A stretch of DNA of 48,995 nucleotides from positions 1-48,995 of the forward strand of contig CALFIT010000286.1 in assembly GCA_937877465.1 (NCBI GenBank), read 5' to 3'. Made by a program: the position numbers and the translations under genes. The stretch is from an uncultured Bacteroidales bacterium. GTDB taxonomy: Bacteria; Bacteroidota; Bacteroidia; Bacteroidales; F082. Positions 16,401 to 25,705 of the stretch are shown here, piece after piece (position 1 is the first letter of the stretch; every line of letters begins with the position of its first letter). The notes below the pieces were generated by a model that was not told the origin of the DNA, did no database searches, and worked only from the letters and a program-made list of their open reading frames with translations.

Positions 16401-18257
16401 AGTGTTGTAAGGCCAGTTGCTTTGGGCGAGGAAATACTTGCCGGCCACGTTGCCAAAGGCAGGCATCCAGTTGCCGGTGTTGTCAGCGTATGGGCCATAG
16501 GTGGGCATGAAGTCGCCATCGAAGAGGTCGTAGACACCCCAAACGTAGGCGTCGTTGACGAAGGAGTAGGAGGTCTCGGTGGGGCAGAGAAGACCGACGG
16601 CACCGGCGTTCTCGCCGTTGTAGGTGCGACGCATCCAAGCCTCGCAGAAGCAGTCGGAGCTGTAGTTGAACTTACCCGTGAGGCAGTTGATGGACATCAC
16701 GAAAGGCAGCTTGCCCACGTTGTTCATCTGTGCGACATGGGTGTTGCGCACTGCGGGTTCGCCCCAGCCAGTCTCCAAGCCGTGGTCGCGGTGCTGCAAC
16801 CAGAATGAGCCTTGGTTGATGGCTTGCACGACCAATTCGGGCGAGCCGTTGTTCCAATCGCCAAGTTCGCTCGGCGTGGCAGGGATGTAACCCGTACCCG
16901 AAGGCCCGAAATAGCTGGTCACCATCGAGGTGTTCTGGTTGCTCGACCATGTGTTGCCGGGCGAGCCGCTGTAGATGCAGTTGATGCGGTTGGTGTCGTA
17001 GCCTTTCAAGCGCATGTAGCCACCAAACACCTCGGAGCAGAGTTGGAACCAACGTTCTGTTTGCCAGCCCAATGCGGTGATGGGACGGGCGTAGAAGTCG
17101 GCGTCCATGTTGGGGTTGGTGTACTCATATTCGAGTTGTTTGCCGACGAAGACAGGAAGCTGTGCGGGCGTTTCGGCAATCAGGCGCGAAAACACCATGT
17201 CGGGCAGGTTGTCGTTGCCCTCGGCATCGGCATAGCGGTTGTCGGTGATGCAGCTGCCGTTGTAGGGGTGGCTGACGGTCTCGGCAGGGATGTATTGGCC
17301 CATGTTGGTGCCGTGGTCACCCAACAGGCAGACGGCCACAGGGGCAATCTCCCATGTGTGGTAGGCATTGTGGAACCAGCTCTTCATCATCTCTGTGGTG
17401 GTGGCAGGCATCTCGTCGAGGCGGAAGACCTCGGTGATGATGCCTTGGCGGGTGCGGTATTCCTTCAGCTGGTTGGCGTATTCGGCCCAAGCGTCGTTGT
17501 TGGGCGTGATGATGAGGTATTCGGCTCCTTCCTTGTCGTCGCGCAGCCATTCCTGCATACGCTTCTCGTAGTCGATGACGGGCAGTTGGTCGTAGTTCAT
17601 CAGCTCTGCGGCCAAGATGGGGTCCCAATAGGGCGAGCGCAGGCGGTCGTCGCCGAAGTGGCCGTTGCCGCCTTCAAAGCTGACCGAAAGCTCGATGTTG
17701 GTGTAGACCTTCAGCTCTTTGGTGACGGGGTTGTACTGGAAAGGCGTGATGGCCACGGTGACGGCCTCAACGCCACGGATGTACGACTCGCCCATCACGA
17801 AAGGCTCGGCGGGAAAGAAGGCGTCCTTGCCGTAGACGGCCATGTCTTTCACATAGTTCATGTCGGGTTCCTCGCTCTCGGCTTGGATGCGGAGGGCAGG
17901 GGCGATGTTGACGTTATGGATGGTCTCGGTCTCGAAGCTGACCACATTGAGGGTGGCTTTGGCCCCTTGCGGGACAGCCATCATGCGGCTGTCGGTAGGC
18001 AGGTTGGGTAGCCCTGCGTCGTTGGGGATGGCGATGGCGGAGATGCTGATCTCCGACATTTCCTCGCCACGGTAGGTGATGGGGTTCAAAGACATCTGGC
18101 CGAGGTTGTAGCTGATGCGCAACCCGTCGCGTGTCTTCTCCGTCAGGTTGAAACCTTGCTTTCCCTTCAGGGGATAGTCGAAGGTTTGCGCCATGCCGTG
18201 GATGCCCGTGAGGACGGCCAAGGCCATGGACAGGATTAAGGTCAATGATTTTTTCAT
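13419..18257 (-). CDS. Gingipain-like cysteine peptidase (family C25), 1612 aa, with adhesin-like modules and T9SS CTD
   Basis: Signal peptide, then a C25 propeptide-like N-terminus. Catalytic HRDHG and SINC motifs have 33 residues between His and Cys, as in gingipain. Two CARDB-like modules and a MAM/cleaved-adhesin-like jelly roll (FESGEFGEGW...AWIDYVSLP) follow. W.T.GDG.F.D...TYTPG Ig-like repeats precede the CTD LFPNPTNGNVTIEAEGMQRLTV... Confidence 0.85.
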   Translation of the reverse strand: MKKSLTLILSMALAVLTGIHGMAQTFDYPLKGKQGFNLTEKTRDGLRISYNLGQMSLNPITYRGEEMSEISISAIAIPNDAGLPNLPTDSRMMAVPQGAKATLNVVSFETETIHNVNIAPALRIQAESEEPDMNYVKDMAVYGKDAFFPAEPFVMGESYIRGVEAVTVAITPFQYNPVTKELKVYTNIELSVSFEGGNGHFGDDRLRSPYWDPILAAELMNYDQLPVIDYEKRMQEWLRDDKEGAEYLIITPNNDAWAEYANQLKEYRTRQGIITEVFRLDEMPATTTEMMKSWFHNAYHTWEIAPVAVCLLGDHGTNMGQYIPAETVSHPYNGSCITDNRYADAEGNDNLPDMVFSRLIAETPAQLPVFVGKQLEYEYTNPNMDADFYARPITALGWQTERWFQLCSEVFGGYMRLKGYDTNRINCIYSGSPGNTWSSNQNTSMVTSYFGPSGTGYIPATPSELGDWNNGSPELVVQAINQGSFWLQHRDHGLETGWGEPAVRNTHVAQMNNVGKLPFVMSINCLTGKFNYSSDCFCEAWMRRTYNGENAGAVGLLCPTETSYSFVNDAYVWGVYDLFDGDFMPTYGPYADNTGNWMPAFGNVAGKYFLAQSNWPYNTESKDITYTMFTAHCDAFLRVYTQVPQTMEVVHPDVVIAGLGEVSITAPEGCMISLVRENTEGGWNILAVAEATGDAQTIEFAPQVPPTEIHLVVTGQNYLRYEAVMSVIPADGPYIVFDSKVINDQNGNAQLDFGEAINLDVTLKNVGSEQMDAFEAVLETTSDYITITNGTAQYDGIGPNEMQTVENAFAFTVADNVPDNTSNAFTITVTNGEDTYVSNLAIKAYAPVLTIGGMTITEVNGNGNGRLDAGETATLSFAIENRGHSDAAATSVNIQMLSPYITVAESTVGFDNLNAGDSQTAVYDITISEDTPIGYSCPIVLTIVSGQYTEQKDFSVKVGLILEDFESGEFGEGWSNDASHPWTFVTENPYEGQYCVKSGGAGIANVTSNLTLRHEAGSNDTISFYYKVSSESGYDKLHFYIDNNEMGTWSGTVAWTKAAYAVSEGTHNYKWSYTKDGSVNNGSDCAWIDYVSLPAARIMAGTAGNDVTICEGNDAQIIGYAIHYDNLLWTTSGDGTFDDATIAMPMYTPGPQDIANHQATLTLTITGNGETMTDEMTVFIMDGVEITPALVGQNYCAVSEPQPIAVEITGDYISFSWLTDGDGEFEDASALETTYTPGLNDINNGVTLTAFAVSPGCGSVTYDYPFEMTPMPEMTLEADVVQLCEGENAYMNFSLYGIEGQGYVIINGAEYGLDENSTSIDLGHLPVGENVFNITEITSGCSTTFEEGELTFTVNVNANPTYTVSETNASFCEGESVDIAFNFIGTAPFMVEVDGTDGFVSEGDSYTMTFDAPAAFIVTNVTDATGCSTITPAHSVTIEMLSSVAQPEISGDTELDVRLTPTTTYTIANDVMVGFSIAPEEAGTLTPANDGKSVVVAWSDTYKGEAVLTATPTTECNNGNGTLNITVKNSTDVDEFSANVKLFPNPTNGNVTIEAEGMQRLTVVNELGQVVYDTELNADATTLDMSQFGVGMYMIRIYTNDGVGMKRVSVVR

Positions 18258-18311
18258 CGTATTAATATTGAGTTAAACTTATGATTGCTCTGACAAATTG
18301 GTTTCGTGCCG

Positions 18312-18319
18312 CAAAAATA
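18312..18319 (-). promoter_or_regulatory. -7 promoter box TATTTTTG (minus strand) for the 1612-aa C25 gene
   Basis: Plus-strand CAAAAATA. Lies 55 nt upstream of the ATG at 18257 and just downstream of the neighbouring terminator. Confidence 0.5.
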
Positions 18320-18370
18320 AGATAAAATCCGACATATGTTATATAGGTGTGCCGCTTTTTTTAGGCCCGA

Positions 18371-18402
18371 AAACAAAAAAAGAGACGCGAATCTCGCGCC
18401 TC
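18371..18402 (-). terminator. Rho-independent terminator of the lipoprotein/OMP operon
   Basis: Minus strand reads GAGGCGCGA-gat-TCGCGTCTC followed by TTTTTTTGTTT. Confidence 0.8.
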
Positions 18403-18434
18403 TTCTCAACCCTTAAAATAATTCGTATGAAAAC

Positions 18435-19313
18435 TTAGTCGTATTCACCCCAATTCATGCAGGCGCCTTTCAGCTGTTTTTTCAGCGGGAACATCAGCGT
18501 CACTTTCACGGTGGCATCGGTGTTGAAGCGCTTGCCCAAGAGATAGGGGTCGATGTAGCCGGCACCAATCACGTTGGTCGACTCGCCGTTGATTTCCTCC
18601 TTCGTGAACGAATTGATGACGGCACCATGGGCCGAGGCATCCACCTTCAAGAGGAGGTAGTAGTTGCTGAAATTGATTTTGAAGAGTACACCGGCACCCA
18701 ACACCACGCCCACATTCCATTGGCGCAGGTTATGGGCACTCATCGTCACCGTGTCGATAGTGGCAGAGGCCTCGTTGTATTGTTGCTCTTCCGTGCCGTA
18801 GTTCAAGATTTCCATCTTCTGCCAAATCATACGGCCAGCGATAGGAAGGCTAAAACGTGGCGCGACAAAGACATAGGGCCTGATGTTGCCTAACGAGAAG
18901 TAGTGGGTGAAGGGAACCTGTATGTCGACTTCTTGATAGTCAACATCATATTGCCTGTAGAAATCCTTGTTCTCGTTGATGGCCACGGGGAAGTTAAGCA
19001 CCTCGTAATTGAGTTGCGTGTTACGCATGGCGTAGAGGCCTTCAAGGGAGATGGAGTTGTTGGCATTCAGCATCCGCTCAACGACCAAGCCGCCAGTGGG
19101 GCCGAAATTGAAAGGCTGGTTGTATTTCGTCTCCGTCCCGCCAAAGTGGAGCCAATAGGTCATGGTAAGGCCACCAGTGAGGCCGATGTTGTATCTGGCT
19201 TCCGACGAACTCACTCTGCTGTAGGCAGGTTTCAATGGCTTGTTGAATTGTGCCATTGCCGTGTTGCCTATCAAGGTCAAGACAAGGAGAAAAAGGATAT
19301 GCGCTTTTTTCAT
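18435..19313 (-). CDS. Outer-membrane beta-barrel protein (292 aa), family uncertain
   Basis: Signal peptide MKKAHILFLLVLTLIGNTAMAQ. Alternating hydrophobic/aromatic strand pattern with G/N/Y-rich turns throughout. No PorP/SprF N-terminal signature seen. Confidence 0.55.
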   Translation of the reverse strand: MKKAHILFLLVLTLIGNTAMAQFNKPLKPAYSRVSSSEARYNIGLTGGLTMTYWLHFGGTETKYNQPFNFGPTGGLVVERMLNANNSISLEGLYAMRNTQLNYEVLNFPVAINENKDFYRQYDVDYQEVDIQVPFTHYFSLGNIRPYVFVAPRFSLPIAGRMIWQKMEILNYGTEEQQYNEASATIDTVTMSAHNLRQWNVGVVLGAGVLFKINFSNYYLLLKVDASAHGAVINSFTKEEINGESTNVIGAGYIDPYLLGKRFNTDATVKVTLMFPLKKQLKGACMNWGEYD

Positions 19314-19337
19314 AAGAGTTAGTGTTTCTTGAGTCGA

Positions 19338-20189
19338 TTATTCAGTGTATTCGCCGTGTTGAAGATCCCCCATGCTCTTCAGAATCCACACATTGCCAGG
19401 TAGAGGCAATGATCCGTTGTTGATAAGAGGTTGATACAGAATGGTTTCCTTGTTGTAGTAATACATGGACTGGGAACCGATTCTGAAGTCTTTGATGATG
19501 CGTGTTGTGAGGGTGTCAGAGGTGTTGTTGATGGTGTCGGTGGTAACGATGGTTTCCGTATCAACTTTGCCCGACATGATGACGGCGATGAGGGGTTGGG
19601 TCTTCGAACTGATGTTGCGGACTTCATAGTAGTAGGCAGTGAAGTAGGGGTCGTGTCCCATGATGTACATATACTGGAAGTCTTTGCTCGATGGGTTGCC
19701 TGACTTGAAATAGGAGGGGGCGATGGTGTCGTTGATGAAGTTGTCGAATCGCTGGTTTTGTTCAATCAACAGCATCGTGCTGTCGTTGCTTGAGTTTTCC
19801 AAAAAGATCAGCGAGCCGTTTTGGGCGTTATAGGGTCTGTTTTGGATATATTTGGCAATGCCTTTGTGTTGCTCGTAGATTTCGAAGTAGTCCTTGACGG
19901 GCAGTACCCCTGTGCGCGGTTGCCACAATGAGTCAATCTTCACAAAAGCTTCGTAGATGTAAGAGTCGACGAGGTATTTGCCATCGATTTTTGGTGGCTC
20001 GTCACCATAGTAAAGATGCTCCTGGCCAAATGCCATCAACAGACGCTGGGGCATGTAATCGTTGATGTTCGGAATCTGTTGGTATCCATAATAGATAGTG
20101 GCATTATCCTCCAGATCGTCTTTCAAACATGAGTTTAAAAGCAAAAGACCCGAGAGGAGGAGAATGGTTTTGAATAAGTGCTTCTTCAT
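19338..20189 (-). CDS. Lipoprotein of unknown function (283 aa)
   Basis: Signal plus lipobox LLLLNSC. The 24-nt gap to the downstream OMP gene suggests a two-gene operon. Confidence 0.6.
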   Translation of the reverse strand: MKKHLFKTILLLSGLLLLNSCLKDDLEDNATIYYGYQQIPNINDYMPQRLLMAFGQEHLYYGDEPPKIDGKYLVDSYIYEAFVKIDSLWQPRTGVLPVKDYFEIYEQHKGIAKYIQNRPYNAQNGSLIFLENSSNDSTMLLIEQNQRFDNFINDTIAPSYFKSGNPSSKDFQYMYIMGHDPYFTAYYYEVRNISSKTQPLIAVIMSGKVDTETIVTTDTINNTSDTLTTRIIKDFRIGSQSMYYYNKETILYQPLINNGSLPLPGNVWILKSMGDLQHGEYTE

Positions 20190-20241
20190 CTTTTGTTATG
20201 TGCTTGAAGAGGTTCTAGGTATCAACTGCGATTTTAATCCG

Positions 20242-20249
20242 CAAATGTA
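20242..20249 (-). promoter_or_regulatory. -7 promoter box TACATTTG (minus strand) for the lipoprotein/OMP operon
   Basis: Plus-strand CAAATGTA, 53 nt upstream of the ATG at 20189. Embedded in an AATGTAA/TTACATT 7-bp inverted repeat. Confidence 0.5.
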
Positions 20250-20319
20250 AGGATTTCTATTTTACATTCGACATATTAAACGCAATTTTTTTGTTATTAT
20301 TATTGTAAGCGATTATATA

Positions 20320-23190
20320 TTAGTTCGTTATGATGACTTTTTGGGTGACGGTTATGCCTTTGTAGTTGAACACAAAGAGATAAATGCCGTCATTATAGGT
20401 GCTTATGGTGTATGGGAATGGGCGTTCGGCGATCACACTCAGTTCGAAGTCGTCGATGAGTCGGCCTATCATGTCATAGACCTTGATGGCCACTATTCCT
20501 TGCATATTGCCTAACATGAGGGTCATCTTGCCGTGATTGGGGTTGGGCATGATGGCAATATTCGGATGGCCTTCTTGCTCGTCGGTGCCGATGAAGCTGC
20601 TGATGAGCCAGAAACGACGGACGATGCCGTTGTTAGGGTCGCAGGCATTGTAGACGGTCGCACGCAGCCAAACGGTGTCTTCGACGCGGCCAGTGACGGT
20701 GACGGAACAGAATTCGCCGACGTCGCCGTAGGAGCGCAGCAGCCAGCCGGTGTTGTTCTCAAGGCTCCAAACCACCGAGTCCCATACGTTGCCTTCATTT
20801 TGGTCCCATAGAGTGAAGTCGAAGCTATTCATCTCGAATTCGGTTGGCGTAATGACCCAGTGGGGTGCCACATTATAAGGATCGGTGGAATGGATTTCTG
20901 ACGGGTTGGGTGGCACCGACAAGCTCAGTTCCAAGTGGACGATGCTGTCGCACCCCAACGAATTGGGGATGGTGTCGGTGTAAAATCCGGGCTGGCTGTA
21001 GAGTTGGCCGTGCCATTCGTAGGCCGTGCAGCCGCCGCTGACGCTGTCGGTGCCGCCTTCGACGGTGGCCGTGAGCGAGAGCCGCAGGCTGACGATGCTG
21101 TCGCAGCCGAAAGTCGAGGTGAAGACTTGGTCGTAGATGCCGTCCTCTGTGTAGGTCGTGCCGTTCCATGTGTAGGAAGCACTGCACTCGCTGTGGACGA
21201 TGGTGTCGGGGTTGATGATGCGGTCGGCCACGACGAGGTGCAGGTCGATGATGCTGTCGCAACCTTCGGGGTTAGGCTTGACGATGTGTCGGTCGTAGGT
21301 TCCAGGGTGGTCGTAGACGAAGCTGAAGCCATGTCCTTCGTAGGTCTCAGGCTCGCCAAACCAGCAGCGCAGGTCGTTGAAGGCAGCGTAGAAACCGGGC
21401 AGGGCATCGACGTAGATGAGCAGGCTGTCGCTGCATTCGGGGTGGACGGCGTTGGCGACTTCGAGACCCAAGATGGTGTCGTTGATGATGGTCACGTCGA
21501 AGCCGTGACCGGTGTAGGTGCCGCCGCTACACACCTCGGCGCCTTCGGTGAGGGTGTGCGTCCTCGTGTCGACATAATATCTCGACACGTCGATGGCCTT
21601 CCCAAACGAGTTGACGGTGAGGACGACTTCATAAATGCGCTTCTCGGCGTAGGTGTGGGTGGCGGGGTTTTGTGTGCTGGTGGCACCGTCGCCAAAGTCC
21701 CAGTCGACAGTGTAGTTGTCTTGGTTGACGTCAGCCTCAAAGGTGATGCTCTCGTCGGGGCAGTATTCGTAGGTGCCTTGTTTCGGGACCAAGGTCTCGT
21801 TGAGGGTGACGCGCGTGCTCAGGTCGATGGTCTTCGAGCCCACCAAATAGGCATAGCCTTTGGCGAAGCCGAAGCCGTAGACATGGGCGTTGAAGCCTCG
21901 CTCGCACAGCAGGTGATGCACGCCGTGCTCGATGTTTTGACGGGTGAACGAGAACTCGTCGGAGCCTTCGACGCGCTCAAACGCGCTGGCAGGCAAGAGG
22001 TTGCCGTCCAAATACACCTCGTCGACGGCGTTGTTGTTGACGATGATGTTCACATGGTGCGTGCTGATGTCGATGTTCTCGTCGTTGAAGGTGGAGAAGG
22101 TGATTTCGTCGATGCGTTGCTCGACGGGGGCAATCCAAACCACCGAAGGGTCACCGATGCTGTTGTTGCCTCTCGTGGTGTTGTAGAGGTAGACGGCTGC
22201 GGCCCCCGACGACTCGATGAGGCACGATTTCTCGGTGCTCGTCAGCTCGAAGATGTAGGATTCGTTGGCCTGCAGGCTGACCAAGAACTGCCCGTTTTTG
22301 AGGATGGTGTTGTCGTTTGACGAGGAGGTCACCTTCACCATGTCTTTCTCGCGTTCGAGCGAGTTGGTGACCACGAATTTCTTGCCCCACGATTGCAGAG
22401 GCATGGCTTGCTCGAAGATGTGGTCGAAGCTGCTGCCGTTGTTGGGAATGGCGGTCAGGTTGTTGCCGTTGTAGACGGCGATGGGCTTACCGTCGCGTGC
22501 CGTCACCCGTGAGCCGCTCAGGTCGCGCATGTCGCTGTTGCTGTTGGAACGCACTTGGTAGGTCTGTCCTTGGTTCAGCTGCACGCTGAAGGTCTGGCCC
22601 GCCGCATGTCCGTTGAGGGTTTGGGTGGCCGGCGTGATGTCGACGGTGGTGTTGTTTTCGGTGGCCACGATGAGAAAGGCGCTGGTTTGGTTTTGGGTTT
22701 GGAAAGGCTGGTTCGAGGAGATGTGCGACTGGTCGTAGGTCTGTATGATGTAGTCGTCGGCAAGGCTTTGGATGGGCAGCACATACGAGGCATCGAACGA
22801 GAGGTAGGCGATGTTGGTGCAGAAGACCGAAACGGTGTCGGAGCAACTGACCAAGATGCCTTTGTTCTGTACCTGTTCGGAGTTGCCGTCGATGTAGGCC
22901 ACGTCTTCGGGGATGTCGACGGTGGTGATGTTGTCGGCTTGCACGGTGAAGTCGGTGCTCCAGCCGGTTTGTGGGTTGGTGATGGTGCCAGTGCAGTCGG
23001 TCTTCGAGCTGATGAGCACTTGGGTGAGGAGCCAGTTGCCGTTGTTGGGGGCGCTGGAGTGGTATTTGTGTCCGTTGGTCATAAACGAAACCCAAAACTC
23101 CGTGCCTTGCGTCGAAGCGTCTTGTGCCTTGGCGGTAATTGCGGCGAGCAGCAATGCTGAAAGGATGGCAAAAGGTTTGAAAATCTTCAT
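20320..23190 (-). CDS. Type-A modular T9SS cargo protein (about 956 aa): IgGFc-binding-like N-domain, PKD, 4 two-Cys repeats, pre-CTD module, CTD
   Basis: Start moved to MKIFKPFAILSALLLAAITAKAQ (ATG at 23190). The ORF-track start at 23229 would overlap the upstream gene. Motifs: QGTEFWVSFMTN, FDHIFEQAMPLQSWGKKFVV, PKD WDFGDGATSTQNPATHTY, GCDSIV repeats, CTD MPNPNHGKMTL... Confidence 0.75.
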   Translation of the reverse strand: MKIFKPFAILSALLLAAITAKAQDASTQGTEFWVSFMTNGHKYHSSAPNNGNWLLTQVLISSKTDCTGTITNPQTGWSTDFTVQADNITTVDIPEDVAYIDGNSEQVQNKGILVSCSDTVSVFCTNIAYLSFDASYVLPIQSLADDYIIQTYDQSHISSNQPFQTQNQTSAFLIVATENNTTVDITPATQTLNGHAAGQTFSVQLNQGQTYQVRSNSNSDMRDLSGSRVTARDGKPIAVYNGNNLTAIPNNGSSFDHIFEQAMPLQSWGKKFVVTNSLEREKDMVKVTSSSNDNTILKNGQFLVSLQANESYIFELTSTEKSCLIESSGAAAVYLYNTTRGNNSIGDPSVVWIAPVEQRIDEITFSTFNDENIDISTHHVNIIVNNNAVDEVYLDGNLLPASAFERVEGSDEFSFTRQNIEHGVHHLLCERGFNAHVYGFGFAKGYAYLVGSKTIDLSTRVTLNETLVPKQGTYEYCPDESITFEADVNQDNYTVDWDFGDGATSTQNPATHTYAEKRIYEVVLTVNSFGKAIDVSRYYVDTRTHTLTEGAEVCSGGTYTGHGFDVTIINDTILGLEVANAVHPECSDSLLIYVDALPGFYAAFNDLRCWFGEPETYEGHGFSFVYDHPGTYDRHIVKPNPEGCDSIIDLHLVVADRIINPDTIVHSECSASYTWNGTTYTEDGIYDQVFTSTFGCDSIVSLRLSLTATVEGGTDSVSGGCTAYEWHGQLYSQPGFYTDTIPNSLGCDSIVHLELSLSVPPNPSEIHSTDPYNVAPHWVITPTEFEMNSFDFTLWDQNEGNVWDSVVWSLENNTGWLLRSYGDVGEFCSVTVTGRVEDTVWLRATVYNACDPNNGIVRRFWLISSFIGTDEQEGHPNIAIMPNPNHGKMTLMLGNMQGIVAIKVYDMIGRLIDDFELSVIAERPFPYTISTYNDGIYLFVFNYKGITVTQKVIITN

Positions 23191-23201
23191 GTCGGTTGAA
23201 T

Positions 23202-25613
23202 TTAATGAATTGTTATTGTTTTCTTGCACAAGGTGCCTTCCTTGCCCGTGGCCACGAAGAGGTAGATGCCGTCGGAAAGGTTTTTCATCTCGTAGGGACA
23301 GGTCAGGGAGCCTTGGCTGTTGTAAATCTGGAAATGGTCGATGATGGTGCCGCGCATGTCGTACACCTTCATGTCGATGGTGCCGGTCAGGTGCTCGAAG
23401 TGGAGGGTCATCTGGCCGTTGTTGGGGTTGGGCGCGACGCTGAACAAGGCCGGCTCTTCGTTATTTTCCTCGGTGCCGAAGAAGGAACTGACGAACCAAT
23501 AGCGGCGCACGATGCCTTCGGGATGGCACTTGTTGTAGACCTTGGCATCGAGCCAAATGGTGTCGTTGACGTGTTCAAGGACGTACATCTTACAGACGAT
23601 GCCTTTCGGATGGGCGTTTTCGTCGGGCACAAGGAGCCAACCGATGCCGGTGTTCTCGAAGGCCCAAGTGACGGAGTCCCAATGGCACGCGGTGTTGTAG
23701 TCCCAGAGGTAGAAGTCGTACGACATGATTTGGAACTCGGTGGCGGTGATGACCCAATGGGGCGCGGTGTTCATGGTATCCTTGGGATAGATCGGGGTGG
23801 GGTCGGGGGTGTATTCCAAGTCGAGGTCGAGATGCCCGATTTGGTAGCATCCCGTAGTGGGGTCGGGAAGGGTGTCGGCGTATGCACCGGCGACGAAATA
23901 GGTCTGGCCGTTAAAGTCCCAAGTGTAAGCATCGCAGTCCGTGGCCGAAACGGGTTCGATGTCTTCGAGATTGGAGGTGATGTAAAGCTTTGAGGTGATG
24001 CCCGAGGTGGAACCGCCGCCGCAGGGGTTCTCTTGTGTTCGCACCGTAAGGGTGGCTTCGTAGAAGGCATAGCTCTCGTAGGTGTGCGTGGCGGGATTGT
24101 CGGTGCTGGTGGTGCCGTCGCCAAAGTCCCAAAGCAGCTCGTAGTTGCTCAGGTTGATTTCGGCGGCAAAGGTGAGAGGCTCCAAGAAGCAGTTCATGAT
24201 GGTGTCGTTGGGCGCGACCGTTTCGCCGTTGACGATGAGGGTGGTGGAGAGGTCGGCGGTTTTCGAGCCAACCATGTAGGCATAGCCCCTTGCGTCGCCG
24301 AAGCCGTAGATGTGGGCGTTGAAGCCGTTGGGACAGCTCAAGTGGTGTACGCCGTGCGTGATTTGCGCCCTGTAATAGCTGTAGTCGCTGTTGCCCGCCA
24401 CGGCATCGAATTGTCCTGACGGCAAGAGCGCATTGTCCATATAGACCTTGTCAACGTCTTGACTCTCAACGATGATGTTCATGTAATGGTTGCTGATGTT
24501 GACGTTGCTGTGGTCGTAGTTGAAGGTCGAGAAGGTGATTTCGTCGATGCGTTGCTCGATGGGGGCAATCCACACCATCGACGGGGCGCCGTTGCCCGAA
24601 CCGTTTGAGCTGGTGTTGTAGAGGTAGACGGCGCAGCTGTGGGTGGCTTCGAGATAGCACGATTTCTCCGAACTCGAGATGCTGATGCTTCGCGACTCGT
24701 TGGCATTGAGGGTGAAAAGCACTTCGCCGTTCTTGCGGATCACGTTGCCGTCAGCCGACGAGGTGATTTTGTAGTAGTCTTGGCTTCGTCCCAACGAGGT
24801 GGTGACGACAAACTTCCTGCCCCACGAGCGCAAGGGCATGGCCTGCTCAAACACGCAGTCGCAGTCGCTCGACGCGCTGACGGGAATCAGGGTGAGGTTG
24901 TTGCCGTTGAAGATGGCGATCTTCTTGCAGTCGTGGGCGGTGACGCGCGTCCCGCTCAGGTCGCGGTTGCTGTTGCTGTCGCTTGAGCGCAGCTGGTAGG
25001 CTTGCCCCTTGTTGAGCACGATGCTGAACTTCTGATGGGCTGGCTTGCCGCCAAAGGTCTTCACCGATGGCGTGATGTCGATGGTGGTGTTGTCTTCCGT
25101 GGCCACGATGACGAAGGCGCTGGTGGGGTCGTAGGTGCTGGTGTAGTTCGACTGGTCGAAGGTCTGGATGATGTAGTCGTCGGCCAAGCCCTCAGTGGGC
25201 AACACATAGGAGGCGTCAAACGAGTAGGTGGCGATGTTGGCGCAATACACCGAAACGGTGTCGGTGGTGCTGATTTGCAGCCCTTTGTTGACCACTTGCT
25301 CGTATTCCGAGCTTTCAACATACACTTGCGTTTCCTCAAGGTCGACAGAGAAGATGTTGTTGGCTTCCACGCTGAAGCTTTGCGACCAGCCGGTGTTGGG
25401 GTTGGTGATGACGCCCGTGCAGCTCCGTTGGGCACTGACCATCAGTTGCACGCGCACCCAGCCGTTGGGGTTGTTGGGATGGTATTTGAACCCGTTCCCG
25501 ATGAAGGAAAGCCAAAACTCCTTGCCTTGCGTCGAGATTTCCTGCGCGTTTGCGGCATTGATGCCTCCGAATAGAGCCAAAGCCATGAGTGCCAATATCT
25601 TGAAGTGCTTCAT
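23202..25613 (-). CDS. Type-A modular T9SS cargo protein (803 aa): IgGFc-binding-like N-domain, PKD, 1 degenerate two-Cys repeat, pre-CTD module, CTD
   Basis: Motifs: QGKEFWLSFIGN, CDCVFEQAMPLRSWGRKFVV, WDFGDGTTSTDNPATHTY, APHWVITATEFQIMSYDFYLWD, CTD APNPNNGQMTLHFEHL... Only 11 nt to the downstream gene. Confidence 0.75.
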   Translation of the reverse strand: MKHFKILALMALALFGGINAANAQEISTQGKEFWLSFIGNGFKYHPNNPNGWVRVQLMVSAQRSCTGVITNPNTGWSQSFSVEANNIFSVDLEETQVYVESSEYEQVVNKGLQISTTDTVSVYCANIATYSFDASYVLPTEGLADDYIIQTFDQSNYTSTYDPTSAFVIVATEDNTTIDITPSVKTFGGKPAHQKFSIVLNKGQAYQLRSSDSNSNRDLSGTRVTAHDCKKIAIFNGNNLTLIPVSASSDCDCVFEQAMPLRSWGRKFVVTTSLGRSQDYYKITSSADGNVIRKNGEVLFTLNANESRSISISSSEKSCYLEATHSCAVYLYNTSSNGSGNGAPSMVWIAPIEQRIDEITFSTFNYDHSNVNISNHYMNIIVESQDVDKVYMDNALLPSGQFDAVAGNSDYSYYRAQITHGVHHLSCPNGFNAHIYGFGDARGYAYMVGSKTADLSTTLIVNGETVAPNDTIMNCFLEPLTFAAEINLSNYELLWDFGDGTTSTDNPATHTYESYAFYEATLTVRTQENPCGGGSTSGITSKLYITSNLEDIEPVSATDCDAYTWDFNGQTYFVAGAYADTLPDPTTGCYQIGHLDLDLEYTPDPTPIYPKDTMNTAPHWVITATEFQIMSYDFYLWDYNTACHWDSVTWAFENTGIGWLLVPDENAHPKGIVCKMYVLEHVNDTIWLDAKVYNKCHPEGIVRRYWFVSSFFGTEENNEEPALFSVAPNPNNGQMTLHFEHLTGTIDMKVYDMRGTIIDHFQIYNSQGSLTCPYEMKNLSDGIYLFVATGKEGTLCKKTITIH

Positions 25614-25705
25614 ATTCGAGTTTTTTTGTGCGACAATGCCGTTTAATAATTAATAGGTGCAGCTTGGGTCGAAATACTAACGCGCAAGCATGGGGTTGTT
25701 GTGGC

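Noticed and set aside
18435-19313. The 292-aa OMP as PorP/SprF or PorV
   Set aside because: I could not see the glutamine-rich N-terminal signature I associate with PorP/SprF. At 292 aa it is much shorter than the roughly 390 aa I recall for PorV. The call is kept as a generic beta-barrel.
23191-23229. ORF-track start at 23229 (MQENNNNSLNSTD...), giving a 28-nt overlap with the upstream gene
   Set aside because: The internal Met at 23190 begins a canonical signal peptide (MKIFKPFAILSALLLAAITAKAQ), matching the starts of the paralogs. The 13-aa extension has no signal-peptide character.
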